A DNA stretch of 64,000 nucleotides from an uncultured Acidimicrobiaceae bacterium. GTDB taxonomy: Bacteria; Actinomycetota; Acidimicrobiia; Acidimicrobiales; Bog-793. The notes under the pieces are model-generated. The model saw only the letters and a program-made list of their open reading frames with translations. It was not told where the DNA came from and ran no database searches. Below, piece after piece: positions 41,828-49,405 of this stretch. The position numbers and the translations under genes were made by a program. How positions within the stretch are numbered: the first letter of the stretch is position 1; each line of letters starts with the position of its first letter. The stretch spans positions 41,939-105,938 of the forward strand of contig CAWDDW010000001.1 of the NCBI GenBank assembly GCA_963801185.1, written 5' to 3'.

Positions 41828-43662
41828 ATGGAGTTCGAGGAGCCACAGGGGCGGGCGGTGGCAGTCTGGTTTGGCCCCGAGGAGTCCCCCCTGTTCGGCC
41901 TTGTGAATTCGGGTGGCCGGGACATCCGCGGCGCCGTCATCCTTTGTCCGCCGCTAGGTCGGGAAGAGAAGGATTGCTACTCAACTTTCGCTCAGCTGGC
42001 TGCTGCCCTTGCCCGGGTTGGATTTCTGGCGCTCCGCTTCGACTACCGCTCGACGGCGGACTCATTCGACCGCTCCAGCACCGACGACAGCGGATGCGGT
42101 CTCCTCGACGACGTCCGGAGTGCCATCGACTTCGTCCGCGACCTCGGAGCGCCCAGCGTCGCGCTGGTCGGGATGAGGATGGGCGCGCTTCTCGCGGGGC
42201 TCGTGAGCGCGACTGAGCCCGTGGAAGCCGTCGTGATGTGGGACCCGTGCTCAAGCGGGCACGCGTTCGTTCGCGAGCAGCGAATGCTCAGCCTGCGCAT
42301 CCCGGTCGACCACTCCGATACCGATCACATCCCGGACTTTCATCTCCCCGTGGCGATGTTGCGGGAGCTGTCGACGATGAAGATGGATGAGACGACTGCA
42401 TCGCTGGCGGGCCGAGTTCTCCTACTCACTCGAGACGACGGGCTGGAAGATCACCGGTTAGTCGGGCATCTCACGTCACCCCGCACAGAACACCGGAAGG
42501 TGGCCGGGCAGCCTGAACTGCTCGACCTTCCGACTCCCTTTCAGGTCGTTCCAGCGGAAACGGTGGCGCTGATTGCCTCATGGATTGACGCCGCGATGCC
42601 AGTCGTCACTCGTGCCGTCACGCTGCCGACGGCGGACGAGGTCACCGTACCCCTGCCACCCGCGAAGGACGATCGGCCCCGGTCGGAAGCGGGTCGCCCG
42701 ACGGCCGTGGTGGAACGCGCACTGCGATTGGGAAGCCTCGGGCTCTTCGCGATCTCGACAGAGCCAAACCGAGGTCATAAGGGACCGACCTGCATTTTCG
42801 TCAGCGTGGCGAACGAGCATCGCATCGGCCCTGGACGGCTCTGGGTGGAGCTCAGCCGCCGTCTTGCGGCGTATGGCTTCCACTCCGTCAGGCTCGACCT
42901 GAGTGGTTACGGCGACAGTCCAGCCCGTGGCGCTCCTCCGAGCGTCTACTCCATCTCCGCGGTGGACGACGTAGTCGAGGCCGCTCGTTCGCTTCGACCC
43001 GACGATCCCTCCGACGTGCTGTTGTTCGGCCTTTGCTTCGAGCGGGTACCACGTGCTGGAGGCGGCCACCCGCTTGCACCCTCGAGCCGTTTGCGCATTG
43101 AACCCAACCGTCTCGTTCTCGGCGCCGGAGACGCGATCCGGCTTGCCACCCGACCCCCGGCGCCGGTTCTTCCTTCCGCAAACGACGTTCAGCGCGAAGA
43201 AAGACAGCCCCTTGTCGTTTCGCCGAGTCGAGCAGCGCTATCCGGCGATCAAGTGGCTCGGGGCTCGCTTCCCCGTCTTCATGCTGAGGTTTCGTGGGAT
43301 CGGGCGGCGGGCGATCATACGGATGAGCCGACCCTACGAGACGTTGGTCTGGCTATCGGCAACCCGACCCGGGCACTCTCGCAGCGGACCCGCTCAGCAG
43401 GTCTCGGCGCTCGTTCGATCCGGCACGAACGTGTTGCTGATCTGTGGGCCGGACGAGATGCAGCCTTTCCGGCGCGCCACTGCGCGGTCCGAGTGGCCGG
43501 GAACACTTGAGCTTCGAGGTGATCCCTGCACTCGACCACGCGCTGCGTCGGCCCCGGGACCGAGACGAGGTGACCCGACTCATTCTCGAGCGTGCGCGCG
43601 AGTCTTTTCGAGCTGAGCGACGGGACCCTGCGGCTCGACGGACCACCCAGTCTCACGCTTGA
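41828..43662 (+). CDS. Tandem alpha/beta-hydrolase-fold protein; two frame breaks (~43037 and ~43500) as sequenced
   Basis: The N-terminal half reads '..AVILCPPLGREEKD...VALVGMRMGALLAG..'. The second half reads '..TCIFVSVANEHRIGPGRLWVELSRRLAAYGFHSVRLDLSGYGDS..VLLFGLC', then 'SSGYHVLEAATRLHPRAVCALNP..' (ORF 43053..43616), then 'EHLSFEVIPALDHALRRPRDRDEVTRLILE..' (ORF 43444..43662). The length is 1835 nt = 3n+2. Confidence 0.65.
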
Positions 43663-43858
43663 GCTGGTCGGCGGCGCATCTCTGACAATGCCCGAGCCTC
43701 ACTGCAATCGCGCCGGTTTCCCTACATCCGTCTGCGCCCGTGCCGGTCCACACCATGACGCTAGCCAGCGCCTAAGGTCCCCTGAGAAAATTGCTCAAGT
43801 CTCTCGCGTGGTGGGCCGATGAGTTTGAGGAAGCTTGCCTAGCCCTCGGAGGCAACAC

Positions 43859-46615
43859 ATGGAACGACGAAAGATTATTCGTCGTGGCACGCGGCTGACG
43901 CTGCTCGCGGCGGTCGCCGTCGTCACGCCTCTTGTCGCGTTCGGGCAGGCCTCTAACGCCTCTCTCACCTATGAGAGCCCTAGGCTCGCCGGACCAGCTC
44001 TGACGTTCGTCTCGACCAGCACCTCGACTCCTTCAACGGCGGTGCCGAAAGGGACTTCGAAGGGCGACGTGGTCGTCGTTGTCGTGGAAACCCTGGGCAC
44101 GAGCTCGGTCACCTGCCCAAACCCCTGGAAGCGAGTGCTGGACTCGACTAACGGCTCGAGGACGCGTCTCGCCGTCTGTCTCGAAGCCGATGCGGGGACC
44201 ATCACGCCTCCAGCGCTGGCTGTCAGCCCGGCGAGCCAGGTCTCGATGATCACCATGACGTTTTCCGGCGTGGCCGCCGAGCGGTCTGTCGTGAAAGATG
44301 CCGCGGCGAAAGGCGCCGTCTCCCCGAGCCTGTCTCTTCCCACCGGGCACGTCGCCCTCCTGTTCAGCGAGGGCATCAATCTGGCTTGGGCCCCGCCGAC
44401 CAAAGGCGCCTCCGACCTCAAGAGCAGGTTGAAGCCGCTCGAGACCGTGACCAATCCGGGGCTCTCGGAGATCAACGTGGCGAAAAGCCTCGACGCGAAC
44501 CCCGGTGCCACGCCGACCTTTACTTGGAGCGGGAGCCGCCCAGCACAAGCCCTCCTCTCAAGTACCTTGGCGCTCAGGGACGCCACGGATCCACCTCCCG
44601 TCACGACCACTACCACCTCCACGACGACTACGGTCCCACCGACCACAACATCCACCAGCACCACGTCGACCAGCACGACGACTTCCACCAGCACCACGTC
44701 CAGCACCTCGACGACGACTACCACAACGACGGCGCCCGGCGGCGGCGGTGCGCCAACCACACCCCCGGCCGAGATCTGCGGCAACTCGAGCGTGCTCGAC
44801 GGTCCATCGAAGGCCCCTGCCGGGGCAATCACCGTCCCTGCTGGCAACAACACGACTGCCGCATCGGATGGTGACTACGACAAAGCCGGGGCAACTTACT
44901 ACTTCGCTAAAGGCACGCACACCATCGAGACGCAGATCATCCCCGGCAAGAACTCGACATACATCGGGGCGCCAGGAGCGATCATCGATGGCGGGGGGTC
45001 CCAGAACGGGCAGTTCACCCAGACAGCGACAGGCGTCACAATCGAGTACCTCACGATCCAGAACTACTGGACGTCTGAAGCCCAGGACGTAGTCAACCCG
45101 GACGGCAGCACTGGGTGGAAGATCGAATACGACACCATCGGACCGAACGAGGCTGGCGAGCACGGCACCGGTCAGGACGATGATGGCGGCTACGGCCTCG
45201 GGATCGGCAGCAACGACACCGTCGAGTACAACTGCATCACGGGCAACTCAGAGGGTGGCTTCAACGCCGACGGCGGCAGGGGCAAACTTCTCACGGGTGT
45301 CACTATCTCCAACAACGAGATCAGCCAGAACGGGCTGGGAACCTACCCCGACGGCGGGAACAACCCGTACCACTGTGGCTGTTCGGGCGGGGGAAAGATC
45401 TTCTGGTCGCTCAACGTCACGTTCACAGACAACTACGTCCACAACAACTACAACGCTGGGATCTGGGCCGATTTCAACAACGCCGGGGCGAACATCTCCT
45501 ACAACTACATCTCCTCGAACTGGGGTGAAGGCATCTTCTACGAGGCGAGCTACAACGCCAACATCTCCGATAACACCCTTGTCGGGAATGGCTGGGCGTC
45601 TGACGGGGCGTGGCCGAGTGGGGGGGCATACCAGTGCTACAACGATGTGAGCTGCACCAACGGTCTCGGGCCGGTCACCGGTTCGGGCGGCGGCTTCCCC
45701 TATGGCGCAATCTATCTTCCGAGCTCGGGTGGGAACGGCAACATCCCATCCAACTACTCCGGTCATCTCTATGTCGAGAACAACGTGCTCACGAACAACT
45801 TCGGAGGCATCGTCGCCTACACCGATCCGACTCGGTTCTCGGGCGGACCATTCCAGTGCAACGCGCCCCTGCAGGACGCCAACTCGACCTATTACCAGAA
45901 CTGGGATCAGGAGCAGGCGAGCGACGCTGTCGTGAACGGGACCACCGCGGTCACCTCGGCCACCGGCTTTGAGACGTTCTTCCAGAACGGCACGAGCGGG
46001 CAGACCAGCACCTGCTCGAACCCCGGACCAGTCACGACCCCAACCGTCGGCATGTACGTCTACGGGACCGACATCCCTGCCGGCGACACGGTCGCTCGTG
46101 TCACGAGCGCCAACTCCATCACGCTAACTACCGCTGCGACCGGCAGCGGTACCGTCTCCATGACGCTGTCGACGCCGGGAGGGTGCGGCCTGTACGACCT
46201 GTACGGATCGTCGCCCGGCGCTATAACCGGATCACCCCCTGAGGACTATTTTGACAACTGCATCTGGGCTTCGACGAACCTGATCGTCTCAGGAAACCAG
46301 CTCAGTATGGCGTCAGGCTCGGTGACCGGCTGCACCTCGGCTGCGCTCTGCGGGGTCATAGCAGCTATCTCCTACGACGCCGGGATCGACGCATGGTGGC
46401 GTATCTACCAGCCGTACGAGGTGGACAACATTGCCGAGTCTGGCAGTTTGCTCGACAACGTATGGTCCGACAACACCTACACTTGGACCGGCACGGGAGG
46501 GTCGTCCGCCTGGCAGTTCGAAGCCGGCTCACAAGGTCGCTCTGGAAACGTTACCTTCTCCCAATGGCAATCATCGCCAAACAGTCAGGACGCCGGGAGC
46601 ACCTTCACGTCATAG
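43859..46615 (+). CDS. Secreted right-handed parallel beta-helix protein with a poly-Thr/Ser linker (polysaccharide lyase, hydrolase or epimerase-like)
   Basis: GGAGG lies 6 nt upstream of ATG 43859. Signal peptide 'MERRKIIRRGTRLTLLAAVAVVTPLVAFGQASNA'. The linker is 'PPPVTTTTTSTTTTVPPTTTSTSTTSTSTTTSTSTTSSTSTTTTTTTAPGGGG'. Repeated beta-helix rungs follow: 'VTISNNEISQNG', 'NNYNAGIWADFNNAGANISYNYISSNWGEGIFYEASYNANISDNTLVGNGW', 'LYVENNVLTNNFGGIVAY'. Confidence 0.7.
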   Translation: MERRKIIRRGTRLTLLAAVAVVTPLVAFGQASNASLTYESPRLAGPALTFVSTSTSTPSTAVPKGTSKGDVVVVVVETLGTSSVTCPNPWKRVLDSTNGSRTRLAVCLEADAGTITPPALAVSPASQVSMITMTFSGVAAERSVVKDAAAKGAVSPSLSLPTGHVALLFSEGINLAWAPPTKGASDLKSRLKPLETVTNPGLSEINVAKSLDANPGATPTFTWSGSRPAQALLSSTLALRDATDPPPVTTTTTSTTTTVPPTTTSTSTTSTSTTTSTSTTSSTSTTTTTTTAPGGGGAPTTPPAEICGNSSVLDGPSKAPAGAITVPAGNNTTAASDGDYDKAGATYYFAKGTHTIETQIIPGKNSTYIGAPGAIIDGGGSQNGQFTQTATGVTIEYLTIQNYWTSEAQDVVNPDGSTGWKIEYDTIGPNEAGEHGTGQDDDGGYGLGIGSNDTVEYNCITGNSEGGFNADGGRGKLLTGVTISNNEISQNGLGTYPDGGNNPYHCGCSGGGKIFWSLNVTFTDNYVHNNYNAGIWADFNNAGANISYNYISSNWGEGIFYEASYNANISDNTLVGNGWASDGAWPSGGAYQCYNDVSCTNGLGPVTGSGGGFPYGAIYLPSSGGNGNIPSNYSGHLYVENNVLTNNFGGIVAYTDPTRFSGGPFQCNAPLQDANSTYYQNWDQEQASDAVVNGTTAVTSATGFETFFQNGTSGQTSTCSNPGPVTTPTVGMYVYGTDIPAGDTVARVTSANSITLTTAATGSGTVSMTLSTPGGCGLYDLYGSSPGAITGSPPEDYFDNCIWASTNLIVSGNQLSMASGSVTGCTSAALCGVIAAISYDAGIDAWWRIYQPYEVDNIAESGSLLDNVWSDNTYTWTGTGGSSAWQFEAGSQGRSGNVTFSQWQSSPNSQDAGSTFTS

Positions 46616-46663
46616 TCCATAATGGACCTGGACGGCCGTGTCTCGTTCTCAGCCACGGCGCGA

Positions 46664-46671
46664 TGTTTCGC
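46664..46671. repeat. Left copy of the 8-bp target-site duplication TGTTTCGC
   Basis: This octamer is identical to 48096-48103 and directly abuts the IS terminal inverted repeat. Confidence 0.85.
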
Positions 46672-46694
46672 GGCGCTACGCGAATGAGTGGGGA
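46672..46694. repeat. IS terminal inverted repeat at the transposase 3' side
   Basis: 'ggcgctacgcgaatgagtgggga'. The transposase stop codon (46676-46678) lies inside it. Confidence 0.8.
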
Positions 46695-47983
46695 GGACTC
46701 GTCCGGATCCTCGGTGGTGAGGGACGCCGCGGCCAGCTGACACCGCCGGTGTGGAGCAACACCCTGAGTCGGTAGTGGCTGAAGGTTCGAAAGCCGTTCC
46801 CGGCCCGCTTCACCTTCTTCACACAGAGGTTCATCGCTTCGGTCGGTCCGTTCGAGGCGCCGGTGCGGTGGTGGTTCAAGATCTCCTCGCGCCATCGCTT
46901 GAGGGTGTGACCGAGCGAGCGGATCTCGGCCACCTCGTCCTCGAGACAGCCGGCGATCGCCTTGTCGAGAAGGAGGGCAGCGGTCTCGAGATCGTCGGTG
47001 AGATAGACGTCGCGGACCGACTCCTTCGCGAGCCAGGCACCGAGGAGCTCGTCGTTCGGGTCGCCCATCCTGAGGCCGAGCATCATCCGGTCGTGGCCTT
47101 TCTCGTCGAGGCGCTCGGCCCCCGACAAGAGCAGCTTCCGGATCTTGTAGAGCGGATCGCCTTTCCTGCCGCGGTGCCCGGTCAGCTCGTTCTGGACCCG
47201 TCGTCGCACCTTGTCGACACAGCGGTTGGCGACCCGGACGACATGGAACGGATCGGCGACCCGCACGACATGGTCAAGGTGCGGGCTGAGCCCCGCCCGG
47301 TAGCTCTCGGCCAGGTCGGTCGCGACGACGCCGATGCCACCGAGCCACGCCGGATCGGCTCCGGCACACCATCTCCGCAGGTCAGCGGCAGTGTTCCCCT
47401 GCAAGATGTCGATCACCTTGTGACGCTCGAGATCGACGAGGCCAGTCGCGTACAGCGTGCGGTGCGTGCGGTTCGCCTTCAAGAAGGAGGTCTCGTCGAC
47501 ACCGAGCGAGGAGACCTCGCCGACGCGGTCCGGGTCGTCGACAAGGGGACGGCCGTGCCGCTCGACGGCCGACATCACGGTCCACCAGCAGACCCCGAGC
47601 TCGTCGGCGAGCCCGCTCACGGGCCGTGCGAGCTCACCGACCTGGCGACAGGCCTCCTCGCCGACGCGTACGGTGAGCACGGCCCGCTCCGGTACGTGCT
47701 CGGAGGTCTCGGTCCAGGTGCGCGTCGGGCACTCGCGCATCCCACAGCGCCAGCGGCGCTTCGACCACACAAGGCGCGTCGGGCGACCGAAGCAGGCGAG
47801 ATCCCGGATCTCGAGGCGCATGCGGTCGTGCGCTTCGGCCTTCACACCACATGCTGTGCACCACGCCGCGACGTCGAGCGTCTCGATCGAGATGACGACT
47901 TCCGACTCGGTCTCGTGCACACCAGTGATGCGGAAGCCGCGCAGTCCAAGGATCGCTTCCGCGAAGCCAGTACCGTCGTGCAT
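46676..47983 (-). CDS. ISL3-family transposase
   Basis: N-terminal zinc-ribbon/HTH region '..CTACGVKAEAHDRMRLEIRDLACFGRPTRLVWSKRRWRC..C', and catalytic core '..LGVDETSF...TLYATGLVDLERHKVIDILQGNTAADLRRW...VATDLAESYRAG...VADPFHVVRVANRCVDKVRRRVQNE'. Confidence 0.9.
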   Translation of the reverse strand: MHDGTGFAEAILGLRGFRITGVHETESEVVISIETLDVAAWCTACGVKAEAHDRMRLEIRDLACFGRPTRLVWSKRRWRCGMRECPTRTWTETSEHVPERAVLTVRVGEEACRQVGELARPVSGLADELGVCWWTVMSAVERHGRPLVDDPDRVGEVSSLGVDETSFLKANRTHRTLYATGLVDLERHKVIDILQGNTAADLRRWCAGADPAWLGGIGVVATDLAESYRAGLSPHLDHVVRVADPFHVVRVANRCVDKVRRRVQNELTGHRGRKGDPLYKIRKLLLSGAERLDEKGHDRMMLGLRMGDPNDELLGAWLAKESVRDVYLTDDLETAALLLDKAIAGCLEDEVAEIRSLGHTLKRWREEILNHHRTGASNGPTEAMNLCVKKVKRAGNGFRTFSHYRLRVLLHTGGVSWPRRPSPPRIRTSPPHSFA

Positions 47984-48072
47984 GTCAGAGGTCCCTCCCG
48001 TTGATGTCGTCGAACAACAGCAACGATGGCGGGGCCTCTGGCCGCGTTGGTGGATGGTCGGTTAGCTCACGA

Positions 48073-48095
48073 TCCCCACTTCAACGCGAAGCGCC
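48073..48095. repeat. IS terminal inverted repeat at the transposase 5' side
   Basis: Plus strand 'tccccacttcaacgcgaagcgcc' is the reverse complement of 'ggcgcttcgcgttgaagtgggga'. Confidence 0.8.
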
Positions 48096-48103
48096 TGTTT
48101 CGC
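48096..48103. repeat. Right copy of the 8-bp target-site duplication TGTTTCGC
   Basis: Identical to 46664-46671. Confidence 0.85.
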
Positions 48104-48178
48104 TGAGCAATCCGCTGCCGGTCGCAGGACCACCACTCAGCCCTGGTGTGCCGGGCGAACTGCGAGGCGTGACAACTG

Positions 48179-49405
48179 TCACGAGGTCAGCGGGTGTTGT
48201 AAATCGGACGTTGAGGCACTGGTCACGAGGAGCGACGCAGCGACTGCTAGGTCCAGGATGTAGGTCGACGCATCGCCTAGCCCCACTTCGGTATACGAGG
48301 CGATTAGGCAATACGTAATAATGAACAAAGCCAGCGCACGCGTGGGACCTCGAGCTCTCGTGAGCGCAATCCCTAGCAGCACCAACAGCGAGAGACCGAC
48401 GAGAATGTCCCCCACCAGCCCTTGGGTCTCGTATACGGCGAGCCAGCTGCTGTCGATCGACAACCCCTGAAAGGAGTCGTTCGAGAGCCCGAAGCCGAAG
48501 AGAGTTTGCGACTTCGTGCGTGGCGCGTTCACGAGTGCGTGCCACACGACCGTACGACCGCTCAAGTCGGTGAAGCTTGTCCCACTCTCTCCCCGCTCGA
48601 ACCAGTGTGAGAGTACGGGTGCAAAGGCTACGGCGACGACTGCACCGGTCACCAGAACCACCGCCAAGGCACGTCGGACCCGGCGACGAGTGAGAAAGAG
48701 ACTCAAGCCAGCGACCAAGATGCCGACCACCATGGCCACGAGGGCGGTCCGAGTGTGGGTGAGGATAAGTATTACCGCGGAGATACTTCCCAGAACGAGC
48801 GCTCGGTTGCGACTAATGAGGTGGCAGAACCACAACACGGTCGCAAGTCCGCCCGCCACGGCCGCATAATGAGCGAGCTGAGGGGAGACCACTGGCCACA
48901 CTGCCCCAACGAGCCGCCCCGACCCAAGCGCCTTTCCCGGCGAGATGACGATGCCAATTGCCGACACGATCACGATACCCATCAAGCATCGAAACTGATT
49001 GCGCAGTATCAGCAAGTCGCTGCGACCCCACCACGGAGTCAACAACCACAAGGTGCTGAGGAAGCCGAGGAGCCGAAATGCCCGGTAGATCGAACCGAAG
49101 TGAAGTGTATCCAGTGTTGAGAGCAACGACAGGGCCGCGAGCAGGGTGAAGATAAAAAGAAACATGTTCGGCCTGATGACGGCGCGGCGATTGACGGATA
49201 GTGCGAGCACCAAGGCCATCCAGAGGGAAGCCTGCGTCATCAGCTTGCCTGCCGTATCGGAGACATTGATCACTGCCAGTCCCGGGACGTACGCGAGCAC
49301 GTTGAAGAACAGCAAGGTCCAGACCGCTCCGATCCTCCTCCGTGCGGAACGCTCGGTCAGGTCCTCCTGGGCCGCTCCAGCGTGCGATTGAGCGAGGGTG
49401 TTCAC
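48179..49405 (-). CDS. O-antigen polymerase/ligase-family membrane protein (Wzy-like)
   Basis: 408 aa with about 10-12 TM helices. 'LILTHTRTALVAMVVGILVAG' is a Wzy_C-type motif. A larger external loop reads 'WFERGESGTSFTDLSGRTVVWHALVN...LFGFGLSN'. GTG start. Confidence 0.65.
   Translation of the reverse strand: MNTLAQSHAGAAQEDLTERSARRRIGAVWTLLFFNVLAYVPGLAVINVSDTAGKLMTQASLWMALVLALSVNRRAVIRPNMFLFIFTLLAALSLLSTLDTLHFGSIYRAFRLLGFLSTLWLLTPWWGRSDLLILRNQFRCLMGIVIVSAIGIVISPGKALGSGRLVGAVWPVVSPQLAHYAAVAGGLATVLWFCHLISRNRALVLGSISAVILILTHTRTALVAMVVGILVAGLSLFLTRRRVRRALAVVLVTGAVVAVAFAPVLSHWFERGESGTSFTDLSGRTVVWHALVNAPRTKSQTLFGFGLSNDSFQGLSIDSSWLAVYETQGLVGDILVGLSLLVLLGIALTRARGPTRALALFIITYCLIASYTEVGLGDASTYILDLAVAASLLVTSASTSDLQHPLTS

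Larger units (their letters stand above)
46672..48095 (-). mobile_element. ISL3-family insertion sequence, 1,424 bp, apparently intact
   Basis: A single 435-aa transposase ORF fills the element. The terminal inverted repeats are 'ggcgctacgcgaatgagtgggga' (46672-46694) and the reverse complement of 48073-48095, 'ggcgcttcgcgttgaagtgggga' (18/23 identical). It is flanked by a perfect 8-bp direct repeat. The size, the GGC.. termini and the 8-bp duplication fit ISL3. Confidence 0.88.

Noticed and set aside
44590-44770. A Thr/Ser codon-rich stretch considered as a DNA tandem repeat or VNTR
   Set aside because: There is no fixed repeat unit. It is degenerate ACC/ACG/TCG/AGC low-complexity coding sequence for the inter-domain linker of the beta-helix protein.
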